Positions 1 through 14,589 are shown, counted from the stretch's first letter. The stretch is DNA of 64,000 bases from an uncultured bacterium (GCA_937864225.1 CALMJK010000004.1:11700-75699), one strand, 5' to 3'. The notes: generated by a model from the sequence alone, not told the origin. Made by a program: numbers and translations.

Positions 1-494
1 TGCAAAAGGTGATGATCCTCTCGCCCGGCGACACGAACTTCCTGGAGGGGGAACAGGTGCCCAAGCAGGCGATCGAGGAGGCCAACGACGAGATTCGGGT
101 CCGCAACCACGACCTGGCCGAGAAGGGGGAGCCGCTCCTGGAGCCGGCGACGTTCGAGCCGCTGCTGCTGGGCATCACCAAGGCCAGCCTGACAACCGAC
201 AGCTTCATCAGCGCGGCGAGCTTCCAGGAGACCACGCGGGTCCTGACGGACGCGGCCACTCGCAGCAAACGCGACGAGCTGCGGAGCCTGAAGGAGAACG
301 TGATCATGGGGCATCTCATCTCCGCCGGCACGGGCATGGCCGAGTACAAGTCGTTGGCCGTGTCGGACCCCGAGGCGGAGGAGGGCCTGATCACGGACGC
401 CATCGCGGCCATGGAACTGGCTGCACAGCAACAAGTTGACACTGGGGGCGAGGACACGGAGCTGTCCGCCGCCGAGGATTTGGACCTTGGCTGA
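1..494 (+). CDS. rpoC: DNA-directed RNA polymerase beta' subunit, C-terminal part (5' truncated by window)
   Basis: [31 protein letters not shown] and [16 protein letters not shown] motifs; lies upstream of rpsL. Confidence 0.98.
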   Translation, partial: QKVMILSPGDTNFLEGEQVPKQAIEEANDEIRVRNHDLAEKGEPLLEPATFEPLLLGITKASLTTDSFISAASFQETTRVLTDAATRSKRDELRSLKENVIMGHLISAGTGMAEYKSLAVSDPEAEEGLITDAIAAMELAAQQQVDTGGEDTELSAAEDLDLG

Positions 495-523
495 GGGCCG
501 CGGGCCCGGGCTCCTGACGCCGC

Positions 524-552
524 TTGACAAGCGGGTAGGCCGGAATTACGAT
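524..552 (+). promoter_or_regulatory. sigma70-type promoter of the str operon
   Basis: TTGACA (524-529), 17-nt spacer, TACGAT (547-552), about 100 nt upstream of rpsL. Confidence 0.75.
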
Positions 553-649
553 TAGCGGTCTGTTCGCCGGGCCCTGGAGAGGGGCGCGGGCGGGAGAATG
601 CGTTGAATCAGCAAGCCGACGGACAGCCGGCAAGGGGAGAAGAAGCGTT

Positions 650-1024
<375 letters not shown>

Positions 1025-1028
1025 GTCC

Positions 1029-1499
1029 ATGCCGAGGCGCAGGCAAGCAGTCAAGAGGCCGACGCCCCCGGATGCCCGCTACGGCGACGCGTCCGTGACG
1101 AAGTTCATCAACTACGTCATGACGCGGGGCAAGCGCGGCCTGGCCGAGAGCATGGTCTATCGTGCCTTTGACATCGTCAAGGACAAGACGGGCCAGGAAG
1201 GCGTCGAGATCTTCCGCGTGGCCCTGAACAACGTTAAACCCAGCCTCGAGGTGAAGTCGCGGCGCATCGGCGGTGCCACCTACCAGGTGCCCGTGGAAGT
1301 CCGTCAGGAACGGCGGACGATGCTGGCGATGCGCTGGCTCATCGGCTTCTCGCGCACGCGCGCGGAACGCTCCTTCTCCGAGCGGCTGGCTGCCGAGCTG
1401 ATGCTGGCGAGCAAGAACGAAGGACCGTCTATCAAGAAGCGCGAGGACACCCACAAGATGGCGGAAGCGAACAAGGCGTTCGCCCACTGCCGGTGGTAA
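1029..1499 (+). CDS. rpsG: 30S ribosomal protein S7
   Basis: [15 protein letters not shown] and [12 protein letters not shown] motifs. Confidence 0.99.
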   Translation: MPRRRQAVKRPTPPDARYGDASVTKFINYVMTRGKRGLAESMVYRAFDIVKDKTGQEGVEIFRVALNNVKPSLEVKSRRIGGATYQVPVEVRQERRTMLAMRWLIGFSRTRAERSFSERLAAELMLASKNEGPSIKKREDTHKMAEANKAFAHCRW

Positions 1500-1676
1500 T
1501 GGTCCCTCTCGTTTTCGCCGGCGCCCGGTCGCAGTGAAGGCACCTACAACGCCATAGCCGATTCCGCCGCAACAGGATGTCGGTGGCCGGCACAGGAGAC
1601 GGGCAGACCCCCGAGGGGCGCGGCCCGCGTAGAAATTTTGCGGCACGGGCCGCAGGCCCTGGGCGGAGCCAGTGAA

Positions 1677-3758
<2,082 letters not shown>

Positions 3759-3795
3759 GCGCTCCCCACGAATCGCAGGAGGAGGTCGACCGCCG

Positions 3796-4989
3796 ATGGC
3801 GCGCGAGAAGTTTCAGAGGACGAAGGAACATGTGAACGTCGGGACGATCGGTCACGTGGACCACGGGAAGACGACGCTGACGGCGGCCATCACGAAGGTG
3901 CTGGCGACGAAGGGGCTGGCGAGTTTCGTCCCGTTCGACCAGATCGACAAGGCACCCGAGGAGCGGGAGCGAGGGATCACGATCGCGACGGCGCACGTGG
4001 AGTACCAGAGCGAGACTCGTCACTACGCGCACGTGGACTGTCCTGGCCACGCGGACTACGTGAAGAACATGATCACGGGCGCGGCTCAGATGGACGGGGC
4101 GGTGCTGGTGGTGTCGGCTCCGGACGGACCGATGCCCCAGACGCGAGAGCACATCTTGTTGGCGCGTCAGGTGGGAGTCCCGTACATCATCGTGTTCATG
4201 AACAAGGTGGACATGGTGGACGATCCGGAGCTTTTGGAACTGGTGGAGCTGGAAGTCCGGGAGCTGCTGACGAAGTACGAGTTTCCTGGGGATGAGACGC
4301 CGATCATCAAGGGTTCGGCGTTGAAGGCGTTGGAGAGCGGGGATCCGAACTCACCGGACACGCAGTGTGTGTTCGAGCTGCTCAAGGCGCTGGACGAGTA
4401 CATTCCGGTGCCGGAGCGGGCGTTGGACAAGCCGTTTTTGATGCCCGTGGAGGACGTGTTTTCGATCTCTGGCCGCGGGACGGTGGGCACGGGCCGCATC
4501 GAGCGCGGGATCGTCAAGACGGGCGAAGCGGTGGAGATCGTGGGGATCCGGGACCTCCAGAAGACGGTGGTGACCGGGGTGGAGATGTTCCGGAAGATCC
4601 TGGACGAGGGACGCGCGGGCGACAACGTGGGGCTGTTGCTGCGTGGGATGAAGAAGGAAGACATCGAGCGTGGGATGGTGATCTGCAAGCCTGGGTCGGT
4701 GACGCCGCACACGAAGTTCGAGGCGGAAGTGTACGTGCTGACGAAGGAGGAGGGCGGGCGTCACACGCCGTTCTTCACGGGCTATCGTCCGCAGTTCTAC
4801 TTCCGGACGACGGACGTGACGGGGACGGCGGATCTTCCCGAGGGCGTGGAGATGGTAATGCCGGGTGACAACATCAAGATGGTGGTGACGTTGATCACGC
4901 CGATCGCGATGGAAGAGAAGCTGCGGTTCGCGATCCGGGAGGGCGGCCGGACGGTCGGTTCGGGCGTCGTCGCCAAGATCATCGCGTAG
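3796..4989 (+). CDS. tuf: elongation factor Tu
   Basis: [29 protein letters not shown] and [11 protein letters not shown] motifs; ATG 3796 after GGAGG. Confidence 0.99.
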   Translation: MAREKFQRTKEHVNVGTIGHVDHGKTTLTAAITKVLATKGLASFVPFDQIDKAPEERERGITIATAHVEYQSETRHYAHVDCPGHADYVKNMITGAAQMDGAVLVVSAPDGPMPQTREHILLARQVGVPYIIVFMNKVDMVDDPELLELVELEVRELLTKYEFPGDETPIIKGSALKALESGDPNSPDTQCVFELLKALDEYIPVPERALDKPFLMPVEDVFSISGRGTVGTGRIERGIVKTGEAVEIVGIRDLQKTVVTGVEMFRKILDEGRAGDNVGLLLRGMKKEDIERGMVICKPGSVTPHTKFEAEVYVLTKEEGGRHTPFFTGYRPQFYFRTTDVTGTADLPEGVEMVMPGDNIKMVVTLITPIAMEEKLRFAIREGGRTVGSGVVAKIIA

Positions 4990-5083
4990 CAGCGCCGCCC
5001 GGACGAGGGCGGCGGCGAAAGGTGAGCAGGCGCCGGCGTTCGCCGGCGAAGCTGGAGTAGCCATCGCAAAGCAAGGAGAAGAC

Positions 5084-5392
<309 letters not shown>

Positions 5393-5429
5393 CGGCCGCG
5401 AGCCGACCCGCGGGACAAGGGAGCGATAG

Positions 5430-6050
5430 ATGAAGGGACTGATCGGCAAGAAAATCGGCATGACCCGCCAGTGGGACGACAGCGGACGGTCCGTGCCGGT
5501 CACTGTGATCGAGGCAGGCCCCTGCGTCGTGACGCAGGTCAAGACGACCGCCAGCGACGGCTACGACGCCGTGCAGTTGGGCTTCGGCAAGGCCAAGCCG
5601 AAGAACACGCCGCTGCCGGTGCAGGGCCACTGCCGCAAGGCGGGCGTCGACGCGCTGCGCGTGCTGACGGAGTTCCCGACCGAGGGCGTGTCCGGGCTCA
5701 AGCTGGGCGACCGCGTCGACGTGTCCTGCCTGCAGGGCGTGGAGATGGTTGACGTGACCGGCACCACCAAGGGACGCGGCTTCGCCGGCACGATTAAGCG
5801 TTGGAATTTCCACCGGGGGCCCGCGGGCCACGGCAGCAAGAACATCCGCGAGCCTGGCTCCATCGGCATGCACACGAAGCCGGGCCGCACGGTCAAGGGC
5901 AAGAAGCTGCCGGGACACTACGGCGCGAAGCGCGAAACGAAGAAGAACCTGACCGTCGTCAGGATCGATGCGGAGCGCAATCTGCTGCTGGTCAAGGGCA
6001 GCGTCCCGGGCAGCAAGAACGGCATCGTTTTCATCCGGCCGAGCCGCTGA
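5430..6050 (+). CDS. rplC: 50S ribosomal protein L3
   Basis: GKKIGMT, VPVTVI and [14 protein letters not shown] motifs. Confidence 0.98.
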   Translation: MKGLIGKKIGMTRQWDDSGRSVPVTVIEAGPCVVTQVKTTASDGYDAVQLGFGKAKPKNTPLPVQGHCRKAGVDALRVLTEFPTEGVSGLKLGDRVDVSCLQGVEMVDVTGTTKGRGFAGTIKRWNFHRGPAGHGSKNIREPGSIGMHTKPGRTVKGKKLPGHYGAKRETKKNLTVVRIDAERNLLLVKGSVPGSKNGIVFIRPSR

Positions 6051-6094
6051 GGCGGCCGCGCGGCCCGCGGGCCGCTGACCGACAGGGGAGACCG

Positions 6095-6730
6095 ATGGCA
6101 ACGGCGAACCTCTACAGCAGGACGGGCGAGGCGAAGGGCACCGTGAACCTGCCCGACGCTCTCTTCGCGCAGCCGGTGCACCGGCAGGCGCTCTGGGAGT
6201 CGGTGAAGTGCTACCGCGCCAACCAGCGCCAGGGCACGCACGACACCAAGACGCGCAGCGAGGTGGCCTACTCCGGCGCCAAGCTTTACCGGCAGAAGGG
6301 CACGGGCCGCGCGCGCGCCGGCGATGCCAAGTCTCCGACGCGCGTGGGCGGCGGCACCATCTTCGGACCTCACCCGCGCGACTACGCGACGCGGCTGCCC
6401 AAGAAGGTCAAGCGGCTGGCGCTGACGTCGGCCCTCAGCGACCGCGCTTTCTCCGAGCGGGTCTTCGTGGTCGAGGACTTCTCTCTCGAACAGCCGAAGA
6501 CTTCCGATCTGGCGAAGCTGCTCGCGCTGATGCCGCTGCAGGGCGCGCGGACGCTGTTCGTGCTGCCCCGCGAGCGCGAGGCGGATGTCCTCTGGAAGTC
6601 GCTGCGCAACATCCAGGGTGTCACGGTGCTGCGGCATAACGAGCTGAACCCGTACGAGATCCTCCGGGCGGACAACCTGGTTTTCACCCAAGCGGCTCTC
6701 GGCGGCGCCGAGGAGGTGTTCGGGTCGTGA
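6095..6730 (+). CDS. rplD: 50S ribosomal protein L4
   Basis: [13 protein letters not shown] and [11 protein letters not shown] motifs; ATG 6095 after GGGGAG. Confidence 0.98.
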   Translation: MATANLYSRTGEAKGTVNLPDALFAQPVHRQALWESVKCYRANQRQGTHDTKTRSEVAYSGAKLYRQKGTGRARAGDAKSPTRVGGGTIFGPHPRDYATRLPKKVKRLALTSALSDRAFSERVFVVEDFSLEQPKTSDLAKLLALMPLQGARTLFVLPREREADVLWKSLRNIQGVTVLRHNELNPYEILRADNLVFTQAALGGAEEVFGS

Positions 6731-7017
6731 AAGACCTTAGCCAAATCATCCAGCGGCCGCTGGTGACCGAGCGCGGGGCCGACTTGCGGGAGAAGCACAA
6801 CCAGTACTTCTTCGCCGTCGCGCCAGACGCCAACAAGCACGAGATCAAGCAGGCCGTCGAGCATTTCTTCGGCGTGAAGGTCGTCGACGTGCGCACGCAG
6901 ATCCGCGCGGGCAAGAAGAAGCGCCTGGGACGCTTCGTCGGCTACCGCCCCGACTGGAAAAAGGCCATCGTCACACTGGCGGCCGAAGACACCATCGAGC
7001 TCTTCGACGTCGGTTGA
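6727..7017 (+). CDS. rplW: 50S ribosomal protein L23
   Basis: [12 protein letters not shown] and WKKAIVTL motifs. Confidence 0.98.
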   Translation: MKDLSQIIQRPLVTERGADLREKHNQYFFAVAPDANKHEIKQAVEHFFGVKVVDVRTQIRAGKKKRLGRFVGYRPDWKKAIVTLAAEDTIELFDVG

Positions 7018-7076
7018 TCAGGGACTGCCGGGGCCGTTAGCGCGGCCGCGCGGCGCCCAAGGAGAGTTGGACAGAG

Positions 7077-7904
7077 ATGGGGATCAAGAAGCTCAAGCCC
7101 GTCACCCCGAGCCAGCGCTTCCGCACGGTGAGCGACTTCAGCGAGCTCACCGCGAGCGCGCCCGAGAAGTCGCTGAGCGAGGGACTGCGCAAGACAGGCG
7201 GACGCAACAACCGCGGCCGCGTCACGGCGTTCCAGCGCGGCGGCGGACACAAGCGACGCTACCGGGTGATCGACTTCAAGCGCGACAAGCACGGAGTGCC
7301 GGCCCGCGTTGAAAGCATCGAGTACGACCCCAACCGCAGCGGACGCATCGCCCTGCTGATCTACGCGGACGGCGAGAAGCGGTACATCATCTGGCCCAAC
7401 GGCCTGAAGGTCGGGGACAGCGTCGTCGCGGGCGAGGACGCCGCCTTCAATGTCGGCAACGCGCTGCCGCTGGGGCAGATCCCGCTGGGCACGATGGTCC
7501 ACAACGTGGAGTTGCAACTCGGCAGGGGCGGGCAGATGGCCCGCAGCGCCGGCTCCTACGCCCAGGTCATGGCCAAGGAAGGGGAGTACGTCACGCTGCG
7601 CCTGCCCAGCGGCGAGGTGCGCAGGGTGCATCGCCGCTGCTACGGCACCATCGGCGAGGTCGGCAACGCCGAGCACGAGAACGTTGTCATCGGCAAGGCT
7701 GGCAAATCGCGCTGGTTGGGCTGGCGGCCGCACGTGCGCGGCGTGGCAATGAACCCCTTCGACCATCCGCACGGCGGCGGCGAGGGACGCACGTCGGGCG
7801 GCCGGCATCCCACGACGCCGTGGGGCAAACCGACCAAGGGATACAAGACTCGCAAGCGCAAGCCGTCCGACGCCTTCATCGTGCGGCGGCGCAACGCCAA
7901 GTAG
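7077..7904 (+). CDS. rplB: 50S ribosomal protein L2
   Basis: IEYDPNRS and [18 protein letters not shown] motifs. Confidence 0.99.
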   Translation: MGIKKLKPVTPSQRFRTVSDFSELTASAPEKSLSEGLRKTGGRNNRGRVTAFQRGGGHKRRYRVIDFKRDKHGVPARVESIEYDPNRSGRIALLIYADGEKRYIIWPNGLKVGDSVVAGEDAAFNVGNALPLGQIPLGTMVHNVELQLGRGGQMARSAGSYAQVMAKEGEYVTLRLPSGEVRRVHRRCYGTIGEVGNAEHENVVIGKAGKSRWLGWRPHVRGVAMNPFDHPHGGGEGRTSGGRHPTTPWGKPTKGYKTRKRKPSDAFIVRRRNAK

Positions 7905-7955
7905 CGTCACGGGCCCGCGCGGCGCGCGGGTCGGACGGGAGAGGATGCAGTCGGC

Positions 7956-8228
7956 ATGACGCGTTCCATCAAGAAGGGCCCCTTCGTCAACGAGCCTCTG
8001 CTGCACAAGGTGGAGGAACTCAACGCCAAGGGCGAGAAGCGGGTCGTCAAGACCTGGGCGCGCAGGGGCACGATCGTTCCGGAGTACATCGGGCACACGC
8101 TTGCCGTGCACAACGGCAAACAGTTCATCCCGGTCTACGTCCAGGAAAACATGGTCGGTCACAAGCTCGGAGAATTCGCGCCCACGCGGACCTTCCGCGG
8201 GCACACGGGCAAGGACAAGAAGAAGTAA
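7956..8228 (+). CDS. rpsS: 30S ribosomal protein S19
   Basis: RSIKKGPF and [13 protein letters not shown] motifs. Confidence 0.99.
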   Translation: MTRSIKKGPFVNEPLLHKVEELNAKGEKRVVKTWARRGTIVPEYIGHTLAVHNGKQFIPVYVQENMVGHKLGEFAPTRTFRGHTGKDKKK

Positions 8229-8250
8229 GAGCCGGCGGAGGTTGGGAGCG

Positions 8251-8592
8251 ATGGAGTCCCGAGCAGTTGCGCGCTACGTTCGCATCTCGCCGCGCAAGGC
8301 GCGGCTGGTGGCGGATCTAGTGCGCGGCAAGAGCGTGGAGCAGGCCCTGGGCATCCTGGCGCTGACGCCGAAGAAGGCGTCGCCGGTGCTCCGGAAGGCC
8401 ATCCTGTCCGCGGCGGCCAATCTCAAGCCCGAGGAGGGCGTCAAGCACGACCACGCCCACCTCTTGGTCAAGGACGTTCGCGTGGATTCGGGGCCGATGC
8501 AGAAGCGGATCCGCCCGCGCGCCCAGGGGCGCGCCTACCGGATCCTGAAGCGGACAAGCCACATCAAGGTCACGGTGGCTTTCGTCGCCTAG
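8251..8592 (+). CDS. rplV: 50S ribosomal protein L22
   Basis: [16 protein letters not shown] and [17 protein letters not shown] motifs; ATG 8251. Confidence 0.98.
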   Translation: MESRAVARYVRISPRKARLVADLVRGKSVEQALGILALTPKKASPVLRKAILSAAANLKPEEGVKHDHAHLLVKDVRVDSGPMQKRIRPRAQGRAYRILKRTSHIKVTVAFVA

Positions 8593-8674
8593 AAGATGCA
8601 TGGCCGGCGGGCCCGCGCCGTCGGCGACACCCGGCGCCTGCAGGGGCCCGGGCCCGAGAGGGAAAGGAAAGCAA

Positions 8675-9349
8675 ATGGGTCAGAAGACGCATCCGGTGGG
8701 TTTCCGGTTGGGAATCGTCCGGGACTGGAACTCGACCTGGTTCGCCGGGAAGGGTTACTCCGACTGGCTCAACGAGGACCTGCTGCTGCGCCGCTACATT
8801 CTCAAGCGCCTCGACGGCGCCGGTGTCGCCTGGATCAAGATCCGGCGCTATCGCGAGAAGGTGACGATCGTGGTCGGCACCAGCCGCCCCGGGGTCGTCA
8901 TCGGGCGCAAGGGCCAGAAAGCGGACCAGTTGAAGGCCGAGCTGCAGAAGATGATCAGCAAAGATGTCAAGCTGGACATCGAGGAGATCAAGAAGCCGGA
9001 ACTGTCGGCCCCGCTGGTGGCCGAGCACGTCGCGGCGCAGCTCACCGGAAGGGTTTCGTTCCGTCGCGCGATGAAGAAGTCCATCGCGACGGCCATGCGC
9101 ATGGGCGCGCGGGGCATCAAGGTCCGCTGCGCGGGCCGTCTCGGGGGAGCCGAGATGGCGCGCGTGGAGAACTACAAGGACGGCAGCGTCCCGCTGCACA
9201 CGTTGCGCGCCGACATCGACTACGGCACGGCCACGGCTCTCACGACCTACGGGACGATCGGCGTGAAGGTCTGGATCTGCAAGGGCGAGGTGTTCCCGGC
9301 GGATTTCAGGAACCAACTGCGGAACACCATGCACGAGGATCGGGGCTGA
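8675..9349 (+). CDS. rpsC: 30S ribosomal protein S3
   Basis: [13 protein letters not shown] and [12 protein letters not shown] motifs; ATG 8675. Confidence 0.99.
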   Translation: MGQKTHPVGFRLGIVRDWNSTWFAGKGYSDWLNEDLLLRRYILKRLDGAGVAWIKIRRYREKVTIVVGTSRPGVVIGRKGQKADQLKAELQKMISKDVKLDIEEIKKPELSAPLVAEHVAAQLTGRVSFRRAMKKSIATAMRMGARGIKVRCAGRLGGAEMARVENYKDGSVPLHTLRADIDYGTATALTTYGTIGVKVWICKGEVFPADFRNQLRNTMHEDRG

Positions 9350-9420
9350 TCCCCCCCGGAACGGGGCCCTGACGGCGAGGCGGCCGGACGGTCGCCGACC
9401 CGGCGGAAGGACGACGAACC

Positions 9421-9834
9421 ATGTTGATGCCGAAGAGGACGAAGTTCCGGAAGATGATGAAGGGCAACCGCAACGGTTTCGCGTGGCGGGGGTCGAACGT
9501 GTCGTTCGGGGATTTCGGCCTGCAGGCGCTCGAGCCGGCCTGGCTCAAGGCGCGGCAGATCGAGGCGGCCCGTATCGCGATCACGCGGCGCATGAGGCGC
9601 GTCGGCAAGGTCTGGATCCGCGTGTTCCCGGACAAGCCGATCACGCTCAAGCCGGCCGAAACGCGCATGGGCAAGGGCAAGGGCAACCCCGAATACTGGG
9701 TCGCGGTCGTCAAGCCGGGCCGCATCATCTTCGAGATCAACGGTGTAACGGCCGATGTCGCGAAGACGGCCCTCAACCTGGGCGCCTCGAAGTTGCCGTT
9801 CAAGACGCGCATCGTCGCTCGGGAGGGTGAGTGA
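9421..9834 (+). CDS. rplP: 50S ribosomal protein L16
   Basis: [11 protein letters not shown] and ETRMGKGKG motifs. Confidence 0.99.
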   Translation: MLMPKRTKFRKMMKGNRNGFAWRGSNVSFGDFGLQALEPAWLKARQIEAARIAITRRMRRVGKVWIRVFPDKPITLKPAETRMGKGKGNPEYWVAVVKPGRIIFEINGVTADVAKTALNLGASKLPFKTRIVAREGE

Positions 9835-9835
9835 G

Positions 9836-10036
9836 ATGGCGAAGAAGGCCCACGATCTGCGCGAGATGACCGTGGCCGAACTGGAGGGCCTGGTCCGCGA
9901 GCGGTCCGAGGACTTGCTCAATGCTCGCATGAAGCTGCGCATGCGCCAGTTGGACAATCCGCTCTCGGTGCGCAACCTGCGCCGAGAGCTCGCGGTGATC
10001 AAGACCGTGATCGCGGAGAAGCGGGCCGCCGGTTGA
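9836..10036 (+). CDS. rpmC: 50S ribosomal protein L29
   Basis: DLREMT and [19 protein letters not shown]; operon position; ATG 9836. Confidence 0.95.
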   Translation: MAKKAHDLREMTVAELEGLVRERSEDLLNARMKLRMRQLDNPLSVRNLRRELAVIKTVIAEKRAAG

Positions 10037-10092
10037 GCGCGGCCCGGCCAGCCGCTCCGGGGCGAAGGGCCGCCGGAGCAGGGAGAGCCGAC

Positions 10093-10362
10093 ATGGAAGA
10101 AAACAGTCAGGGCCGGAACCTCAGGATGGTGCGCATCGGGCGCGTCGTGTCCAGCGACATGGACAAGACGATCGTGGTGCGCGTCGACCGCCGCATCCAA
10201 CACCCGCTCTACAAGCGGATCGTCAGCCGCTCCTCCAAGCTCTACGCCCACGACGAGGCGAACGAGTGCAAGGTCGGCGACGTGGTCAAGGTCATGTCCA
10301 CGCGGCCGCTCTCGAAGACTAAGCGCTGGCGGGTCGCCGAGATCATTGAGCGGGCCAAGTAG
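10093..10362 (+). CDS. rpsQ: 30S ribosomal protein S17
   Basis: MDKTIVV, HPLYKR and [10 protein letters not shown] motifs; ATG 10093. Confidence 0.98.
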   Translation: MEENSQGRNLRMVRIGRVVSSDMDKTIVVRVDRRIQHPLYKRIVSRSSKLYAHDEANECKVGDVVKVMSTRPLSKTKRWRVAEIIERAK

Positions 10363-10383
10363 GCGGCCCGGAGGTCAAACGTC

Positions 10384-10752
10384 ATGATTCAGGAATACAC
10401 GATGCTCACAATCGCCGACAACTCGGGCGCGAAAACCGCCCGCTGCATCCGCGTTCTGGGCGGATCCGGCCGGCGTTACGCCCACGTCGGCGACGTCATC
10501 GTCGTGACCATCAAGTCGGTGATTCCCAACAGCAACTACAAGAAGGGGCAGGTGGCCAAGGCGGTGGTGGTCCGCACCAAGAAGGAGATCGGACGCAAGG
10601 ACGGCTCCTACATCCGCTTCGGAGAGAACGCCGCGGTCATCATCAACGATGATCGGGAGCCGGTCGGCACCCGCATCTTCGGCCCGGTGGCGCGAGAGCT
10701 GCGCGATCAGCGATTCATGAAGATCGTGTCGCTGGCGCCGGAGGTCCTCTGA
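10384..10752 (+). CDS. rplN: 50S ribosomal protein L14
   Basis: [20 protein letters not shown] and [10 protein letters not shown] motifs. Confidence 0.99.
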   Translation: MIQEYTMLTIADNSGAKTARCIRVLGGSGRRYAHVGDVIVVTIKSVIPNSNYKKGQVAKAVVVRTKKEIGRKDGSYIRFGENAAVIINDDREPVGTRIFGPVARELRDQRFMKIVSLAPEVL

Positions 10753-11063
10753 TGCACATTCGGAAGAACGACAAGGTCCGGATCCTTTCCGGCAACGACA
10801 AGGGCAAGACGGGCCAGGTGTTGAAGGTCTTCCCGGACAAGGGAAAGGTCATCGTCGCCAAGGTGAACCTGATCAAGCGCCACACGCGACGCAGCCAGAA
10901 TCTGCCGCAGGGCGGCATCATCGAGAAGGAAGGCCCCATCAACGTCTCCAACGTGATGCTGATCTGTCCGAAGTGCGGCGAAGCCGCCCGAACGGGACAC
11001 TCCGCGCTTGCCGACGGTTCCCGGGCGCGGTTGTGCCGCAGCTGCGGCGAGATGGTGGACTAG
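10752..11063 (+). CDS. rplX: 50S ribosomal protein L24 (CxxC...CxxC type)
   Basis: [11 protein letters not shown] motif and [15 protein letters not shown]. Confidence 0.98.
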   Translation: MHIRKNDKVRILSGNDKGKTGQVLKVFPDKGKVIVAKVNLIKRHTRRSQNLPQGGIIEKEGPINVSNVMLICPKCGEAARTGHSALADGSRARLCRSCGEMVD

Positions 11064-11088
11064 GCGAGGCAGGGGAGAGAAGCGAGCC

Positions 11089-11679
11089 ATGGCGAAGAAA
11101 AAGGACAAGGCAGTGCCCGAGCAGCCGGCCGGTCCCCGGCCCAAGCCGCGCCTGCGCGTGCACTACGAGGAAGCCATCGTGCCGGCCCTGAGGGAGAAAT
11201 TCGGGTACGACAACCCGATGCGGATCCCGCGGCCGACCAAGGTCGTGCTCAACATGGGCATGGGTCGCGCGACGCAAAACCCCAAGCTCCTGGAGGGCGC
11301 CTTGGCGGATCTGGCGACGATCACCGGGCAGAAGCCCGTGAAGACGCTCGCCAAGAAGTCCATCTCGAACTTCAAGATCCGCCAGGGGATGGCGATCGGC
11401 GCGCGCGTGACGCTGCGCGGGGAGCGCATGTGGGAATTCCTGGACCGGTTCATCAACCTGGCCCTGCCGCGGCTGCGCGATTTCAGGGGAGTGCCGGCGA
11501 AATTCAGCGGCTCCGGCGACTACACGTTGGGGCTGAAGGACCAGATGGTGTTCCCGGAGATCGACTACGACAAGGTCGATGCACCGCGCGGCATGAACCT
11601 GACAATCGTGACGACGGCCCGCAATGACGAAGAGAGCCGGGAACTGCTCAAGCTCATGGGAATGCCGTTCCGGCGCTAG
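11089..11679 (+). CDS. rplE: 50S ribosomal protein L5
   Basis: [21 protein letters not shown] and [10 protein letters not shown] motifs; ATG 11089. Confidence 0.98.
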   Translation: MAKKKDKAVPEQPAGPRPKPRLRVHYEEAIVPALREKFGYDNPMRIPRPTKVVLNMGMGRATQNPKLLEGALADLATITGQKPVKTLAKKSISNFKIRQGMAIGARVTLRGERMWEFLDRFINLALPRLRDFRGVPAKFSGSGDYTLGLKDQMVFPEIDYDKVDAPRGMNLTIVTTARNDEESRELLKLMGMPFRR

Positions 11680-11693
11680 GAGGAGGACGAGAC

Positions 11694-11879
11694 TTGGCCA
11701 AGAAATCCCTCATCGCCAAGGCCAACCGGACGCCGAAGTTCAAGGTCAGGCGCTACAACCGTTGCCGCCGCTGCGGACGGCCTCGCGCCTATCTCAGGCG
11801 TTTCGGAATCTGTAGGATCTGCTTCCGGGAGTTGGCGCTGCGAGGCGACCTCCCGGGCGTGGTCAAGGCGAGCTGGTAA
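11694..11879 (+). CDS. rpsN: 30S ribosomal protein S14, short Zn-binding type
   Basis: 61 aa; CRRC...CRIC and PGVVKASW. Confidence 0.97.
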   Translation: MAKKSLIAKANRTPKFKVRRYNRCRRCGRPRAYLRRFGICRICFRELALRGDLPGVVKASW

Positions 11880-11902
11880 AGCGCAGCGAGGAGCTGATTG
11901 GC

Positions 11903-12310
11903 ATGAGCATGACCGATCCCATCGCGGACATGTTGACGCGCATCCGCAACGCCACGCGCGCCGGGCACCGCAAGGTGGACATCCCGGCCTCGAACCCGAA
12001 GCGCGCCGTCGCCCGCGTGCTCAAGGAGCAGGGGTACATCGCGGACGTCCAGGACGTGCCGCACGAAGCGCAGGGCTTGCTGCGCCTGACGCTCAAGTAC
12101 TACGAGCGGGACGGCAAGCGGACCGGCGTCATCGAGGGGATCCGCCGGGTCAGCACGCCCGGACGCCGGGTGTACGCCGACAAGGACAACATCCCGAAGG
12201 TTTGCGGAGGATACGGCATCTCGATCCTCTCGACGAATCGGGGCATCCTGACCGGCCACCAGTGCCGCGAGAGCGGCATCGGCGGCGAGGTGCTCTGCGA
12301 GGTCTGGTAA
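11903..12310 (+). CDS. rpsH: 30S ribosomal protein S8
   Basis: TDPIADMLTRIRNA and GGEVLCEVW motifs. Confidence 0.99.
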   Translation: MSMTDPIADMLTRIRNATRAGHRKVDIPASNPKRAVARVLKEQGYIADVQDVPHEAQGLLRLTLKYYERDGKRTGVIEGIRRVSTPGRRVYADKDNIPKVCGGYGISILSTNRGILTGHQCRESGIGGEVLCEVW

Positions 12311-12341
12311 CAGGACAGCGCGGGCTACGGAGGAGCGGACC

Positions 12342-12881
12342 ATGTCGCGCATTGGCAGAAAGCCGATTCCCATCCCGGCGGGGGTGACCGTCGAGATCGA
12401 GGGCCAGACCTCGATCGTGAAGGGCCCCAAGGGCGAGTTGCGTCAGCACGTGCCGGCCGGTCTCGAATACGAGTTGACCGAAGGGCAGCTATGCATCCGC
12501 CGGCCGGACGACAGCAAGCCGATGAAGGCTCGGCACGGTCTGGTGCGCGCGTTGATCGCGAACCAGATCAAGGGCGTCACGGAAGGCTTCACGCGGGTTC
12601 TCGACATCATCGGCGTTGGTTACCGCGCCCAGGTGAAGGGGAACGAACTCGATCTGCAGTTGCAGTTCAGCCATCCGGTGACCTATCCGATTCCGGCCGG
12701 CGTCACGATCGTCTGTCCGGAGCCGACCCGCATCCTGGTGTCGGGAGCCGACAAGCAGCAGGTGGGACAGGTCGCGGCGGAGATCCGCGGCTTCCGTCCG
12801 CCCGAGCCCTACAAGGGCAAGGGCATCAAGTACGCGGACGAGATCATCATCCGGAAGGCCGGCAAGACCGCCGGCAAGTGA
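12342..12881 (+). CDS. rplF: 50S ribosomal protein L6
   Basis: MSRIGRKPI and RPPEPYKGKGIKY motifs. Confidence 0.99.
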   Translation: MSRIGRKPIPIPAGVTVEIEGQTSIVKGPKGELRQHVPAGLEYELTEGQLCIRRPDDSKPMKARHGLVRALIANQIKGVTEGFTRVLDIIGVGYRAQVKGNELDLQLQFSHPVTYPIPAGVTIVCPEPTRILVSGADKQQVGQVAAEIRGFRPPEPYKGKGIKYADEIIIRKAGKTAGK

Positions 12882-12907
12882 CCTGACCGGGTCCGGAGGG
12901 CGAGGTC

Positions 12908-13285
12908 ATGATTACGACCAGCAAGCAGAGGAGAGAAGGGCGCCTGCGCCGCAAGGCGCGGGTGCGCCGCAAGGTGAACGGCACCCTGGAGCGCCCCCGG
13001 CTCTCGGTCTTCCGCAGCCACCGCGCGATCTACGCGCAGGTTGTCGACGACACGAAGGGCGCCACGTTGTTGGCCGCCAACAGTTTGAAGCTGGGCGGCG
13101 AAGATCCGGTGCCGGAGGGGCTGGCGGGCAAGTGCGCGGTCGCTTACCGCGTCGGCCGCCTGTTGGCCGTCCAGGCCCGGGAGAAGGGCATCGAGCGCCT
13201 CGTCTTCGATCGGGGCGGCTACCTCTACCACGGGCGCGTCGCCGCGCTGGCCCGAGGGGTCAGGGACGGCGGAATCCAGTTCTAG
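12908..13285 (+). CDS. rplR: 50S ribosomal protein L18
   Basis: RPRLSVFRS and FDRGGYLYHGRV motifs. Confidence 0.98.
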   Translation: MITTSKQRREGRLRRKARVRRKVNGTLERPRLSVFRSHRAIYAQVVDDTKGATLLAANSLKLGGEDPVPEGLAGKCAVAYRVGRLLAVQAREKGIERLVFDRGGYLYHGRVAALARGVRDGGIQF

Positions 13286-13317
13286 GCCTCTGAAGGCGAG
13301 ACGGGAGCGAGGTTCCG

Positions 13318-13959
13318 ATGGCTGAGATGACGAGACCCCCTCGCGGGGGCCGTGGGAGCACCAGCGGGCCGGCGAACCGGAACCGCAGGGGACCGGGCAT
13401 GGGCGGACCGCGTCGCGACGAGCGGCCCACCACGGCGACGCGCGAAGACCAGATGGATCTGCAGGAGAACGTGATCCACATCAACCGCGTGGCCAAGGTC
13501 GTCAAGGGCGGACGCAGGTTCAGCTTCAACGCGATCGTGACCGTCGGCGACGGCAAGGGTCGCGTGGGCGTCGCCCTGGGCAAGGCCAACGAAATCGCGG
13601 ACGCCATCCGCAAGGCCTCGGAGGCGGCGCGCGCGAGCCAGATCACGGTGCCGATACGCGACAACACGATCCCGTATGCCGTCATCGGACGCTTCGGGGC
13701 CAGCCGCGTCATGCTCAAGCCGGCCACGGCCGGCACCGGCGTCATCGCGGCGGGGGGTGTGCGCGCGATCCTGGAGTCGGTCGGGATCCGCAACATCCTG
13801 ACGAAGCAGTTCGGGTCGAGGAACCCGCACAACGTGGTCAAGGCCACGTTGGACGGATTGCGACAGCTGCGCTCCCCCGAGGAGATCGCCGCCAAGCGCG
13901 GGCTCACGGTGCGCGAGGTGTACGGTCTGCCGCCGAAGGAGGCTCCGGCCCATGAGTAG
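13318..13959 (+). CDS. rpsE: 30S ribosomal protein S5 with Arg/Gly/Pro-rich N-terminal extension
   Basis: [16 protein letters not shown] and GTGVIAAG motifs; start uncertain. Confidence 0.97.
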   Translation: MAEMTRPPRGGRGSTSGPANRNRRGPGMGGPRRDERPTTATREDQMDLQENVIHINRVAKVVKGGRRFSFNAIVTVGDGKGRVGVALGKANEIADAIRKASEAARASQITVPIRDNTIPYAVIGRFGASRVMLKPATAGTGVIAAGGVRAILESVGIRNILTKQFGSRNPHNVVKATLDGLRQLRSPEEIAAKRGLTVREVYGLPPKEAPAHE

Positions 13960-14140
13960 CGGCAAGCTCAAGATCACCCAGGTGCGCAGTTTGGTGGGGC
14001 GGCCGCAGAAGCACCGCCGCGTCGTCTGGGCCCTGGGTCTGCGCCGCAACCAGACGTCCGTCGTCCACGACGACACGCCGTCCATTCGCGGCATGGTCCA
14101 GAAGGTCTGCCACCTCGTGACGGTCGAAGAGGTGAAGTGA
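13952..14140 (+). CDS. rpmD: 50S ribosomal protein L30
   Basis: [14 protein letters not shown] and TPSIRGMV motifs. Confidence 0.97.
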   Translation: MSSGKLKITQVRSLVGRPQKHRRVVWALGLRRNQTSVVHDDTPSIRGMVQKVCHLVTVEEVK

Positions 14141-14589
14141 GCATGATCAAGCTGAACGATCTGCGCGTCCCCCGCGGCGCCAACCGCAAGACCAAGCGCG
14201 TGGGGCGCGGTCCGGGCTCTGGCCATGGCAAGACCTCGACGCGGGGGCACAAGGGTCAGAAGGCGCGCTCCGGGCCTGGCATCAGCCCGTGGTTCGAGGG
14301 CGGCCAGATGCCCTTGCAGCGCCGGGTACCGAAGCGAGGGTTCACCAACATCTTCCGCAAGGAATACCAGGTGGTGAACCTCGAGGACCTCGACGGCTTC
14401 GCCGAGGGCAGCACGGTCGACGCGCAGGCCCTGGCCGCGGCTGGCTTGATAAAACACGTCGCCGGGCCGATCAAGCTGCTCGCGCGCGGCAGCGTGGCGA
14501 AAGCGCTGCAGATCCGGGTGAGCAAGGCGAGCAAGGCCGCGACGGAGGCTGTCACTGCCGCCGGCGGTTCGGTGGTCTGCGAGGAGTAG
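14137..14589 (+). CDS. rplO: 50S ribosomal protein L15
   Basis: GRGPGSGHGKT and FEGGQMPLQRRVPKRGF motifs; alternative start ATG 14143. Confidence 0.98.
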   Translation: MSMIKLNDLRVPRGANRKTKRVGRGPGSGHGKTSTRGHKGQKARSGPGISPWFEGGQMPLQRRVPKRGFTNIFRKEYQVVNLEDLDGFAEGSTVDAQALAAAGLIKHVAGPIKLLARGSVAKALQIRVSKASKAATEAVTAAGGSVVCEE

